Source: Hormiphora californensis
Taxonomy: Eukaryota > Animalia > Ctenophora
Reading direction: 5' to 3'
Assembly: GCA_020137815.1 (NCBI GenBank)
Contig: CM035350.1
Coordinates: 10,044,001-10,108,000, forward strand
DNA: 64,000 bases
The position numbers and the translations under genes are program-made. Under the pieces are notes generated by a model. The model searched no databases and was not told the DNA's origin. It was given only the letters and a program-made list of their open reading frames with translations. Shown piece by piece: positions 12,808 through 24,582 of the stretch. Positions within the stretch are counted from its first letter, which is position 1. Each line of letters opens with the position of its first letter.

Positions 12808-12848
12808 CTCCGAAAAACTTTCAGTGTTTTTAAGTTTTGCAAACAGTT

Positions 12849-12901
12849 TTGAAAAGCGCTGCCTTATCCCGCGGGGCCAGCAACGTTTGGTCGTTTGCCA
12901 A
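12849..12901 (+). mobile_element. 53-bp micro-transposon (TTG...CAA)
   Basis: 9-bp TSD caaacagtt at 12840-12848 and 12902-12910. Homologous copies at 22734 and 24855. Confidence 0.8.
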
Positions 12902-13330
12902 CAAACAGTTTGAAAAGAAAAGAAGAAAAAAAAGGAACACGACTGTGTGGGTGTACCATTATATTGTTGTGTTTGAAAAGTGCTTTCTCGCATGCAATGG
13001 ATCCCAATTCCCAGATCCCTGTTTGTTTTGTTCAAACCCGGGGCACGGGGAGGGTCGAACAAGCCAAATCCCTGTCAGTGGTGCTCTCGGGGGCGAAGAA
13101 AGCCCAGTGTCCAGGACCCACTTTTTGGGAGAAAGAAGAGAAGAAAGCTTTCTGCAGCTCTGGATCAAATTTCTTTTCGTGAATGAAAGCCCCTGGGTCA
13201 ACTTTTCTGTGGGTCTTGTGTTTTGGCATACTGGGACAGTGCCTCATGGCCCCTCTGGCCTCTACCCTTTGCCGACAGCTGTAACAGTAATCGCTCCCAT
13301 GTCTGGATCATCCTATAATACGGAGCTACT

Positions 13331-13560
13331 AAAGTCGGGTGGCGTGCGAGTTTTTATTTGCACGTCGGAAACTTGTTTTCGCTCTCACGCCTTTATTTCT
13401 TGACCAATTACGTCAAACCAAAGTTTTACGGACTCACCAAATTATGCTCTTTCCGATGATATGCGATTTTTTGCCGAAAAGTGAGAGCAAGTGGGGGCTG
13501 TCACGCGCAAATACGACGCCACGTGTGAAAAGGGGGTGACAGTTTCAAAAAATCCGACTT
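13331..13560. mobile_element. TA-flanked MITE (aagtcgg...ccgactt ends)
   Basis: taaagtcgg at 13329 and ccgacttta ending at 13562. The right end ggggtgacagtttcaaaaaatccgacttta is shared with the element at ~26002-26222. Confidence 0.65.
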
Positions 13561-13847
13561 TAGGCTAGTAGTACTAGCCCGAGTAAAACTAGCCCGAGTA
13601 ATACTGTTATACCCGTCCTCTTTCCCCCAAAATAGGCCCTGCTGCTGCCCAAACATGGGAAGTGAATGGGGAAAATATTAGTCTTGGTAATGTTCAGATG
13701 ATTACTAATTCCTTGATAATGTTCAGATTTTTTGAAAAAAAAACCTGATTGACCGGGCCCAATAATATAACAATAAGGGTAATCAGTACCTACATAAAAA
13801 ATAATGTTCAGATGATAACTAATCCCATCACTATACTTAGTATCAGG

Positions 13848-16224
13848 ATGAGGGAGAGTGCCTGGATAGAGGTAAGGGAGATGACATGGTCTCAGCGGCT
13901 GATGAATCTAGCAGTGTTAGCATTCTTCATTGTTATCTGTATGGGAGGGGGAGGTCTCATGGGGGCCATCACTGTTAACGATTTTGGGGACGAGAGTGAG
14001 TGGTACGGAAATCTAACTAAGCCTGACTGGAACCCTCCCTCTGCTGTATTTGGCCCAGTTTGGTCCTTGTTATACCTCCTGATGGCTGGTGCAGCATTTT
14101 TTGTTTGGAGGGAAACTGGTTTCTGTAAACAAGTGAGTTGTAAAACGCAGTGTGGTACGTGTTATGTTAGCCACACATAAATTTCTTCTTATTGTGCTTG
14201 TGAAGAGTGTGTTATAGTGTGTAGCACTGTGAAGCGTGTTTGTAATGCAGCATTGTTATGGGAGTGTATCAGGAAACTGCTCTGTGTTACAATGTGTTAT
14301 TAAACAATTGGGGTCACGCTTATAATTGTTTATCAAATATCAAAATAAATGAATCAATAAGAATTGACCAATCGGCTGTTTTTGAGTCGCATAGTTCTGA
14401 TACAATGAAATAGTGTTTATTTAGGACTGTAGACGACTCGCAGATTTTTTTTCAGGAAAGATAATACGGGACGGTTTCGACGTTTAACGTCATCAAAACT
14501 TTTCAACACTACTTTAAACAAATTCATTTGAGCAGATGATGACGTTAAACGTTGAAACCGTCCCGTATTATCTTTCCTGAAATAAATCTGCGAGTCGTCT
14601 ACAGTCCTAAATAAAAACTATTTCATCGTATCAAAATAAATCGCATTATTTCATTCCACTTCTCTCACCACTAAAATTAGGCTGAAGAATCGGTAGACCC
14701 TCGTATGTGACTTGTTGTTGTATGTGACTTTCCTATTCAATATTCATGCTATTGGATAAACATTAGATCACGATCTGTGTGTGTGTCTCTTCAGATGAAT
14801 ACTGAATCCAGTAACTTGATACCCCCGCTAAGAGTTCTTATAAACAGGGGGGGGGGACAACTAGGTTCATATTACCAAGGAATGTTCCTATATCATTCAC
14901 TGTCTCGGAGAATTACACATGACATTGTGAGCTCCTTTACAACAAGGAACAGCTTTCATTGGTTGGTGGGAAATAGTTGTCTCGTTCACACTACTGAATA
15001 GAGAACTGAGTGAGCGTCACCAAAGTTGGCTGCACTTCTGAATTCACCATACTACTCAGTACGTGGTTTTACCACACAGTAAAATGAGGTGTTATAGTAG
15101 TTCAATACTGTGTTATAGTTCAGAGTAGGATGATCACAGTCTCTGTACTACGCATGTGTTTACATCAAGTGTCCAGATGTATGTGACATGTGGTCATCAA
15201 GTGAGGGATTGTGGCAGCAATGTATGTGTGGAACGTGGCTATTGTTTGTTATGTGAGAGGGACAAATGACATCTCAAAATAAACAATCAATTACCCAACA
15301 TGCAAAGCTTGTAATGTAAACATAATACACAGCATGGGGGGCGCCTGGTACTGAATACTGAATAAAAACGGCAAGTTTATCTACCGCCATCAAATTCGAT
15401 TACACTCGAGAGGTGCACATACCACTGACCACACGCACAGCACTACTATTACAAAAACACGTAACCCCGCATGCTCCAACTAACTCCGATCCCCCTTTCA
15501 GCCCCTTCCTCTGGTGGTTTTCTTCATTCAGCTGGCACTAAACTTTGCCTGGGTTCTCATCTTTGGAAAGGCCCACGACCTCCTTGGGGTAAGTAATCAC
15601 TATCTATCTAGATAGATAGAAGTAATCACTGTAGTGCGGTAATAAGGTTATGTGGCTCACTCTGTGAGGGCTCGTTAGTCCAAGTAGTAGGGCGCCAGGG
15701 TTTGGTGTCAAAGTTTCTGTATATGGGCAGGATGAGCAATATTTCTCTGTACGTGTGGGCCGGAGACTCACTATTTATTAAACGTCACATCGTCATGCAT
15801 TGATGATCGACCGTTCAACGAGCTCGAACGTCTAAAAGTTCGACCGATCAGTAACTTGCTGATTGCTTTTTACCTTGAAATGGAATGCTGTAACGCGCGA
15901 CATCAAAATAGTAGGGACAATAGCGCGCGTAGTCACATACAGCCACAGCGCTGACAATCGTTCGGCAGTTTGAGAGACTTTCTCTGCAGCTCTCTCAGAG
16001 AGAAGACTCCAAACTCACCGAGTCAGGCATCTAAACCATCCTTCTTTCAGGGTGCTATCGAGATTCTAGTCCTGTGGGTGGCGATTGTGGCAACTATGGT
16101 TCTGTTTTTCCGAGTCAAGAAATGGACCGCTCTCCCTCTTTTCCCTTACCTCTGCTGGGTCACATTTGCAACCTGTCTCAGTTGGACTATCTGGGATCTG
16201 AACAAGAAAAACCCAAACATTTAG
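13848..16224 (+). CDS. TSPO: Translocator protein (TspO/MBR family); exons 13848-14132, 15502-15588, 16051-16224
   Basis: Motifs WYGNLTKPDWNPPSAVFGPVWSLLY, QLALNFAWVLIF and PYLCWVTFATCL. Two phase-0 GT-AG introns. Start is at 13848 or 13881. Confidence 0.92.
14351..14628. mobile_element. Inverted-repeat (Penelope-like) insertion in TSPO intron 1 with a spliced-leader-like loop
   Basis: ~97-bp inverted arms at 14398-14495 and 14537-14633. 13-bp direct repeat tatcaaaataaat at 14338-14350 and 14629-14641. Hammerhead-like core at 14533-14562. Confidence 0.65.
14496..14532 (+). other. Ctenophore spliced-leader exon-like sequence (not an SL RNA gene)
   Basis: aaacttttcaacactactttaaacaaattcatttgag matches, from memory, the Pleurobrachia/Hormiphora SL except for one base. 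It is not followed by a GT donor. Confidence 0.7.
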
Positions 16225-16637
16225 AGAGAGAGGACCAGAGGACGCCCCGTTGGGGGAGAGAGAAATAGACTCTGAGTGTGTAATGTTGATTGTGTCAAAT
16301 CCGGGTCTATAAATTGACATGTGGTCAGAAGACAATTAATATGTTACTGTTTGTCCCTAATTAAACTCAGACTTGCTAGGGAACCCTTGTGTAATCAAGG
16401 GACTCTCCCTACAATATATGACCTTCAGTAAATGAGTGGGGGACGGTTTATTTTTATTGGATATTAGCATGATTAGGACAGTGTAATCAAAATTAAACAA
16501 GTTATCTTTATAAGAGCGAAGTCTATCAATTTGAACAATATTTACACACTATCACTTATTAGTACAGAATATATCCTATCAAAAAGGGTCCCTGTGTTAA
16601 AGAGGGTCTATAAAGGGTGTCCCCTAGGTTCAATGTT

Positions 16638-19623
16638 TTAGAAAATATACCGGCTAGATCCGGCCATCATATCATTGTTATTATATCCACTCCCTCCTCC
16701 TCTATCATCACTACTACTGCCTCCCCCACTACTACTACTCCCCTGACCACTGCTCCCTCCCCCCTCACTACCACTCTCCTCTCTGAGAACACGAAGGTTC
16801 TGGTTTAGTATATCGGTCAGGTCTGATAGGTCCAGATCCTGGGCAGGCAGGTGAACCTCGTGGCGCTGATAGAACAGTAGATGAGGTGTATCTAGGTCCA
16901 TTTTAGGTTCGTTAATTAGGTCTCTCTCCTCTAGAGATACTGTTGAGTCGTTAAAACACAGACTCCTATCTAGCAGGGAGCTGGTGGAGGTTGAGGGTAG
17001 ACCGTATGTGTAGAAGTGTCCACTGTCTGTAGTTGACCCACTGTGTACCACAACAGCATAAAGTCTATAATCCCCTCCCTCTACCACGCTGTGACCTGTA
17101 ACCGGACTCCTTTCTAGGCCAATGGAAGCTGGGATAGTGACCTTTGTTAGGTGTTTAGTCCGACACCCTTTATCTTTATCAAATGCTATTCTATCCAGAG
17201 TAAAGATAAGGGAGCCAGGTAGTTTGGTAAGGTGGGTATGACGGGTAGCATCAGTTTTACCCCCACACCGCTCACAGTGGTACTGATTTTCTCCAGTTAG
17301 GATCTCCGGGGCAAAGGTCCTGTCAACTAGATCTGGAAGTGAGATTCTCTCAGCGCCGTTACATGGTAGAGATAGAAAGAAGAAGGTCTCATCTCGAGAG
17401 GAGACAACTTCACAGTCACCACAAACAATTCGAATTTGCTGTGTTCCTTGGAAGTTCTTTTGGATTATCTGACTAGGTTCTGAGAGTGGGACTGCAGGTT
17501 TGGGAAGGAGGGAGTGCCTCCTATATTGGTCAGCCTCTCTAGATCCAATTAGTCTCCCTCCCATTAACCCAGACACAGCCCCCTCATCTCTTCCATCCTC
17601 TCCTACTACCCTTATCTGCCCAGAAGCCGTGGTACCTGACCCAATTATATCGAACATGTGTCTGAGCAATTCGGCTGAGTCCTGTTGGGATCCAATAGTA
17701 AACCAGGGTGGTCTGACAGTGTGGAACAAAGTGTCAGGAGATAGGGACCGGCGGATAGAGTAGGATAAATTCAGAAATATTCTCCGTAGCTCTGTCAGGA
17801 CACTTGATTCTATTTTATTGAATATCACATCATGCTGGAAAGGTACTGATAGCCACAGTGCCTGAATCAGACTATTGAAGTAGCATGTGTTACCAAGGTT
17901 AGTAAATCCAACACCCCGACCTCCAACTAACTGGGATTTAGTGAGGGTCTCGTGCAGTTCTATCCAGTTATTTGTTTTGTCTGCAACATTGTACAATCGA
18001 GTGAAATGAGGGAATCTGTGCATCAGACAGTTTAGTGTTTTAGATACCCCTTCCCTTCTCTCCATTGCAGCCAGCTGGGTGAAGTGTTTATGAACAAGAC
18101 AGGGGAGTGTTGGTTTAGAAGGAGCAGGTCCCCAACTAGTGAGAGAGAGTTATCTGATATCGTCCCTACTGCAAGGAGTTGTTCCACTATTCGTTCTGAG
18201 TGGTGCAGCACTACTAGAAACCTCTTCTCCCTTGCTAGTCCTCTATGTAGCCCCATAACCCAGTGAGATAGTGAGACACCCCGACATTGTAGAGATGTTA
18301 GGTTGTCTAGACACCGGGTTAGTTCAGTATCCCCCAGGGAGGATAGGAATTCAGAAGTAGCAGTTGTTACAGTAGTAGTGTCCGTTATAGAGGACAGGAT
18401 CTGACCCTGAAATGGAGTGTGATAGTTTGGAAACTTCCAAATAAAAGTTTAGTTTAGCAAAACAATTATGAGCTGGGGTTATTTATACACAACGTTACCT
18501 GTGCTATTGACAGTTTCCCTTCTGCTAGTGTCCCTGCAATGAGCTTTAGAGCAGTCACCAAACCCTCCTGACTCCCCACAATCTGACTGTGCCACTCCTG
18601 GAGGGGGAGATAGTGGTTTGTTTGTCAAGGGTGGGGTGTCGAATGGATTGTTTGTTTGTGAATTCTTTGATCGAACCCTCACAGTGCGCGTTGAGTGTGC
18701 GCGTTCTGCGCCGTCTGGCCTGCACCGACCACCCCGCGCCGTACGTCATTACTCCACTACTCCCTATCACCTTACCGTTAGTTTCAGTGTTCTGTCCGCC
18801 TGGCCACAATACCTCACACACGTCTCAGTATAATCCGTGTGAGATGTGAACCATTCAGGTGACAGGACAGGGAGGATCGAATCAAGGTCAGGTGACTCAA
18901 ATGAGAGCTGTTTAGAATTGGACAATAGTTCTGCCAGCTGGCGCCCCTGCAAAAACAACAAGTTACACACGAACATACAGTCTTGAGACAATCAAATGTC
19001 AGAACTCAGACAGTTTTGACAACTTGGTTCCCAAAATAGCTCTAGTCAAAATTTGACAATCATTCCCTCTCTCTCTTCTCCTTCCTCTCTCCCTACCCCA
19101 GCTTTGTCAACCATTTCTCTCTCTCTCTCCCCTGTCACCCCTTAACTAACCGTCTGGTGGGGTATTGGTTTATTTGAGGAAGTTGTTTTAGAGATAAGTT
19201 TGCACCGCAGTCCCGTCATCTCGTGATTGCAGTGAGAACATCTTGATACAGCACCAAACACTTTCCAGGGGTGACTCTGGGGAAGAATGGGTTAACAATG
19301 TTAATATTCCTTATAGTCTGGTGGAACAAAATGAATCATTGAATCCCCACTGTCCCTACGTTACTTTGTGTGGATCACACCGTCTGTGAGGGGTCGGTAG
19401 ATCAAATGTTACTCACCCCATGTAGTATAATCACTACAACGACTGCTAATGTCCGTGTCTCACTACTGCTTCCATTCCCTAGATGATCCAGACATACTCC
19501 CAGAACAGCCTCCGCAGAAGACTGATCAAGACGTTGTAGGTGAGGTCTGAGGGTCTGTATCAGAACTAGTTTCTCAGAGTGGGATTTATCCACTGACAAC
19601 ACTCCCCGAACTATTCCATCCAT
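16638..19623 (-). CDS. Ubiquitin-specific protease, USP35/USP38-like (multi-exon; apparent 1-bp frameshift at ~18090)
   Basis: Cys box GFTNLGNTCYFNS, QQDSAE, and His box YAVVVHSGSTTDSGHFY. The N-terminal MDGIVRGVL and QHSPVLF(H) resemble USP35/38. Internal exon boundaries were only partly resolved. Confidence 0.85.
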
Positions 19624-19827
19624 ACACCCCCTATTATACTGGGATGGAAGTGTTACAAGTGTTACTACATTAGTCGTGAGAGAAATGTGAAGAGGTAGAC
19701 AATCAGTTGTCATGAGGGGGGGGGGGGAAGAGAAACGAATGAAAATGTATTGAGTTCATTTTTAAAATGGTTGTTTTGTAATATAAAGAATTAAATAGCA
19801 TTAAAAACAAGTGTCTCTGTGTCCCCT

Positions 19828-20444
19828 CTAAGCTCCGGCAGTTTGTTTGTTCTGTTGGGCCTCCTTGCGTGTTGCATCCATTAGCAGAGCAGGGTCTACC
19901 TCCTCGGAGGGAATGTGGCAATACCTGGGAGGGAGAAGGGGAGATTAAAGGAGGGCCGGGGATCTTACTTAGGGGGAGGGGGTATAACTTCGGGGGAGGG
20001 GGTAACTGTGGGAACTGAGGGAAGGTTGGGGTGGGTTTGATATTTGTGTTTTCCTACAACATATATCTCAGAATGGCTATCTCTCTCACCTGACTACGCT
20101 GCCTCGAATGAAGCAGTTCTTCACACTCAACATGTGGGGATACTTGTCCGAGTCTGGCACACTAATATCTGAAGGGATGTTGGACTGTCAAATGGTACAT
20201 AGGCACAACTCTTTAAGACCAGTTAGATATTCAGGTTTTTTGGCAATCTTAGTTACTGCAGTAACTAAGATTGCCAAAGAACCTGAATATCGAACAATAC
20301 TAGTTGTTTATTTCACCTACCTGTCAGTTTGATGTTTAGGAACTGATCAACAGAGTGAAGTGTTCCACAGATACTAAGATCATTCTTTAGCTCCACAATC
20401 ACATCCTTACCAACCAGAGACTTGAAGAAAGAGTAGAAGAGCAT
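19828..20444 (-). CDS. LSM2: U6 snRNA-associated Sm-like protein LSm2 (99 aa); exons 20444-20321, 20168-20090, 19924-19828; absent from the ORF track
   Basis: Spliced translation MLFYSFFKSLVGKDVIVELKNDLSICGTLHSVDQFLNIKLTDISVPDSDKYPHMLSVKNCFIRGSVVRY... Intron phases are consistent, giving a 300-nt CDS. Confidence 0.96.
20226..20291. repeat. Near-perfect 66-bp palindrome (MITE-like) in LSM2 intron 1
   Basis: gatattcaggttttttggcaatcttagttactg / cagtaactaagattgccaaagaacctgaatatc. Confidence 0.85.
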
Positions 20445-20750
20445 GTTCCTAACTTGTCTAATTTAACACAGAGTGAGGGGACAGCAGAGAGCAGGAGAGA
20501 CATTTAAAACTCGAATCCAGTGTTCGGAAAAAACATAATCTCTCTTCTCTCTCTCATACACATGGAATGTTACATGGTTGACAAATTCAAATTAATAACT
20601 TTCACGTGTTTCGCAATACACATGTTTTACATTCACTGGCCCACACACAATACACATGTTGTACAATAACTAGACACATGTCCTCTTTGAGTCTCTGATA
20701 CAGAAACAGCACGACACAGCTACAGCACAATAACAATAACAACAACATCT

Positions 20751-21077
20751 TCATTTCTTGACACTCTTTGGCTGTCTATCATAAGCGTTTTTATCATGAT
20801 GACACTCATCTTCTGAGTCACTCTCCCCAAACTCCTTGGGTTTGTGATAAATACAACACACTTTGCTACTCTTCTTGTTCATGTGTTCATTATCAATAGC
20901 TGTCGTCTCATCCCACTGCACCCCCCGGGGCTTGTTCTTCTTTTTCAACACTACACGAGGGGGAGCTGCTTCTGATGATGAGGATGAGGGGGCAGGGGCT
21001 GTAACTGTTACTGTCGCTGAACCGCTACTTTCTTGTTCAGACTTCTGCTGCTGCTGCTGTCCCCCATTACCCGACAT
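20751..21077 (-). CDS. PPP1R11: Protein phosphatase 1 inhibitor-3 (PPP1R11/Ypi1)
   Basis: RGVQWDE (RVxW-type docking motif) and [20 protein letters not shown] signature. Intronless. Confidence 0.92.
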   Translation of the reverse strand: MSGNGGQQQQQKSEQESSGSATVTVTAPAPSSSSSEAAPPRVVLKKKNKPRGVQWDETTAIDNEHMNKKSSKVCCIYHKPKEFGESDSEDECHHDKNAYDRQPKSVKK

Positions 21078-21252
21078 TACACTGGGGTCCTAAACTGTGA
21101 ACAGAATGGGTTTAGAACTGGGGGTTGATCAGGAGAGACAACACATACAGATAATTAAACACCATATATGGATTTTCAGCCAATAGTAACCATGGTAACA
21201 AGTTTAATCAGATAAAACACTTTAATCATTCAACATTCATACACACTCTACT

Positions 21253-21651
21253 TCACATAACTTTCGGTTTTATAATCAGTTTCCCCTTCTCATTGCAGGA
21301 CAAGTTGTATTCGTGTAAAACCAGTCTGTTTCTGGAGAGAATGATGGCGCTGGTGTCAGCTCTATTGTGTGCTCCTGTCAGGATGAGGAGAGCTAGAAAG
21401 ATCAGTGCCAGAGCGAATACTTTGTTCTCGTATAGTGCGGAGAGGATGGAGAAATTACTGTCGATTTGAAGGTTGGTGATGAAGCCGTATCCGGTGAATA
21501 GAACAAACAAAACACTGATTATCAGTAGAAACTTCCAGCGGTATGATTTGGGTTCCAGGTATCGAACTGCACGTGTTATTCTCCGCTCAAAAGCTTTCAG
21601 ATCATCTTGTACTTCTTCCTTTGTAAAACCGGGTGACCGGTGTATCTGCAT
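21253..21651 (-). CDS. CNEP1R1: Nuclear envelope phosphatase regulatory subunit 1 (TMEM188/Spo7 family)
   Basis: DLKAFERRIT, two transmembrane segments and LHEYNLSCNEKGKLIIKP. Intronless. Confidence 0.9.
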   Translation of the reverse strand: MQIHRSPGFTKEEVQDDLKAFERRITRAVRYLEPKSYRWKFLLIISVLFVLFTGYGFITNLQIDSNFSILSALYENKVFALALIFLALLILTGAHNRADTSAIILSRNRLVLHEYNLSCNEKGKLIIKPKVM

Positions 21652-21782
21652 TACAACTAGAAACAGAACATGGGGAATTAACAGTTGTAATTATGATGAA
21701 AAGCTGTATATAACAGATTTGTATAAAATGTTTAGAAATATAAAATACAGCAATTACTATTAAAAAAACTCTGTTCTCCACC

Positions 21783-22553
21783 TCACATCTTCTCATATGT
21801 CTCTACATGTCCACATTCTGTGCACGTGTGGGAATATTCATCTTCTTCCTCATCATAACTCTCATCCCCAAACACATGAACATGAGCTTGTCGGGGTGCC
21901 CGCTGTCTAGCCGCCTTCCTTAATTCAACCATCTTCTTCTCCATCTTTCTCTGTGTAGCTTTCTCTCTGTTCTCTGATCGTTTAGCCACCGCTGCGTCTA
22001 TCCCCTCATCTCCACCGTGAACCTCACAGGCTCTCTGGTACACGTGGCCGATGAGATATAGTTTCATACTGGCACCATGTGGTCGATGTGGATTAGGGGC
22101 GGATACATATCTGAGATTGGGCTCCCTGTAATCAAAATCACAGTCCTTCAAAATAAACTCATTTTTAGCATCTGTTTTGGATATCAATTTGAACTGGTCT
22201 CTGTCTTTTTCCCGACATTCATCACATACTGTTTCCTCGAACTTTGTATACAGATAACTAGCATTACATTGAATATTGCATTCTCTGCATTTTACCGGGT
22301 TTTCTAGTTCTGAGAGATCACATCCAGCAACATCCCGACCAGTTTTAGCAGGGACAGGTTCTGATGAGGTGTGTTGCTCTTTCCCTTCTGCTCTAACACA
22401 GTCTCTAACTATTTGATTTTGTATCCGGCTATCTCGCAGAAGAATTGCGTTTTGCCGTTTACGTTCGATGTCCGCGATGGTAGATTTACTTAACTTGGCC
22501 TTTTTCTTGGGCCTCATTTCGTTTGATTCGGTCTCTTTTATTTCCTCAGACAT
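21783..22553 (-). CDS. XPA: DNA repair protein XPA
   Basis: IERKRQNA; C4 finger CREC-x17-CDEC; ISKTDAKNEFILKDCDF; NPH..MKLYL; C-terminal HVHVFG..CTECGHVETYEKM. Intronless, ATG at 22553. Confidence 0.95.
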   Translation of the reverse strand: MSEEIKETESNEMRPKKKAKLSKSTIADIERKRQNAILLRDSRIQNQIVRDCVRAEGKEQHTSSEPVPAKTGRDVAGCDLSELENPVKCRECNIQCNASYLYTKFEETVCDECREKDRDQFKLISKTDAKNEFILKDCDFDYREPNLRYVSAPNPHRPHGASMKLYLIGHVYQRACEVHGGDEGIDAAVAKRSENREKATQRKMEKKMVELRKAARQRAPRQAHVHVFGDESYDEEEDEYSHTCTECGHVETYEKM

Positions 22554-22733
22554 CCTGATAACTTCATGAGCATTGAAACCAGCAGCCCGCAACTCGGTCT
22601 ATACCAAAAACTGAAACTTTTGGCCCAAAACTCAAAAGAAAAATGAGAAACTCAAAAGAGAAATGAGAAGGGAGCGTAGGCTGTAGGTAATATAAGCCTC
22701 GTCCCTCGGGCTCTGGCCGCTGGCCTGTGGGGC

Positions 22734-22787
22734 TTGGCAAACGTTGCTGGCCCCGATAGCAGCGCGGGATAAGGCAGCGATTTTCAA
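22734..22787 (-). mobile_element. 54-bp micro-transposon (TTG...CAA)
   Basis: TSD ctgtggggc / ctgcggggc (one mismatch). Homologous to the 12849 and 24855 copies. Confidence 0.75.
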
Positions 22788-22838
22788 CTGCGGGGCGAGA
22801 AAACAACAAAAAAACAAAAAAAATGGTCCAGAAAAACG

Positions 22839-23087
22839 GGCCAGCGTTAAAATCTGGGTGTTTTGGGAGTGCTGACAAACGGTTTTTTAGGGTTAGGGCT
22901 AAAGTAGGGTTAGGGTTAGGGTTGGGGTTTAGGTTGGGGTTAGGCCTTGACATTCCCTACCAGATAAACTTTGAATCAGCCAAAACGGTTGAGTGGTTTG
23001 GCGGTTAGAGCCATTTTAGTGAATCAACTTTTTTGGCAGCGCGCACCTGTAAACAGGCCTCCAAACACCCAGATCGTTACGGCGCCC
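22839..23087 (+). mobile_element. Mutator-like MITE with telomere-like tract
   Basis: 9-bp TSD agaaaaacg at 22830-22838 and 23088-23096. Imperfect TIRs ggccagcgttaaaatctgggtg / cacccagatcgttacggcgccc. Internal gggttagggttagg. Confidence 0.85.
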
Positions 23088-24582
23088 AGAAAAACGGGAA
23101 ACCGAAAAAGAAGGGATAAAAGTGAGAAAAAGGAAAGACAATAAATTACCCACACACCCTCATATACTCATTCTCCCTCTCTCTCTGCTCATGTATCTCG
23201 AAAGTCAACATCTTCCACTCTGACTGGGATCACACGTCTCTTGGTGCCCCTAAGCGCAACAAGTGTTGATCTCAATAAGCTGAATCGTGTCTTTTCATGC
23301 GCCCAGAAAAACGTCGCGTCGTGAAAGTTAGACAAGTTTTTAGACAAGTTTTAGACAAGTTTAAAAATGATTCAGGTCGGTGTTACCCGACCCATGAAAA
23401 TACAATAATAATTTAATTAATAATTTAAAAACACACTCAAAAAATAAATATAATTAAAAATAAAAGGAAATCTGGAGAAGTGGGGAGGGAGATGGGGGAG
23501 GGAGAAGGGATCAAGGCATGTGTGTATGGGGGGGGGGGGGTGCATAGTGATAGAGTTGGTGGTAAGTGGAGAAGAGAACAGTGTGGTTAAGGGAGTGGGA
23601 ATGACCGGGTGGAAGGGTGAGAGAGAGAAACACGATGCTAAGAGAGAGGTGACCAGCAGTGAGGTGGAGAGGGAGCACTTAAACAGGGGGAAGGAAGAAG
23701 GGAATAGAGGTAGCAAGACAACGTGCGGGAGGCGGGGGACCGGAGGTAAAGGAGGACTGAGGCTGACGAAGAGCACTGAGAGCAGCTAGGGATGGGTTCC
23801 AGGGAAAGGGCAGCGAGGTCTGGAGAAAAAGGGTGAGATGAAGGAGGGCCAGAGGTGAGGAATGGTAAAGGTGAGAGTACCAGAAGAGCAAGAGGCGAGA
23901 CGATGATCCGGATCAAAAAAGGGGGGGGGGCTGGAACGAGGAGGGAAATGGAGGAGGTCAAACCAGCGGTGGAGACGACGAGAAGGAAGCGGAGTGTCGG
24001 TGGAGCCTGGCTGTCGGGGACGGGGGACTGACGGAGAGATGCAACTCAGAGAGAGGAAGTAGATGGAAACCACGGACAGGAAAAAGGGCGGTGAGGGCTG
24101 GAAACGGTGAAGGAGGGCCAGAGATGGAGGTGAGGAAGGAGAGGGGGGAGCACCCAGATGAGCAGAAGAGGCGATGACCTGGATCAAAGGGACGGTAGCC
24201 CGGAACAGAGGGTATCAGAGGAGAGCTGGAACGAGGAATACGAGGAGGAGGTCTGACAGAGCGGTAGAGACGACGAGCAGGAAGGGACTGCCGGAGGGCT
24301 CTAGGGAGGGGGTGGAAAGGGTTGGAGTCAGCAGGCGAGAAGAAGTAGGGCGGTGACCTGGATCAAAGGGACGGTAGCCTGGAACAGAGGGTATCAGAGG
24401 AGAGCTGGAACGAGGAATACGAGGAGGTCTGACAGAGCGGTAGAGAGGGAGGGGGTGGAAAGGGTTGGAGTCAGCAGTCGAGAAGAAGTGGAGGCGGTGA
24501 CCTGAATCAAAGGGACGGTAGCCTGGAACAGAGGGTATCAGAGGAGAGCTGGAACGAGGAGTATGAGGAGGAGGTCTGACAG

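Noticed and set aside
14496-14532. SL RNA gene
   Set aside because: No GT donor, intron portion or Sm site follows; only the exon-like part is present.
22734-22787. Conserved core-promoter motif shared by several genes
   Set aside because: Each copy has its own 9-bp flanking duplication, so it is better explained as an insertion.
22886-22945. Interstitial telomere or chromosome-fusion scar
   Set aside because: The TTAGGG-like tract is internal to a TSD-flanked dispersed element.
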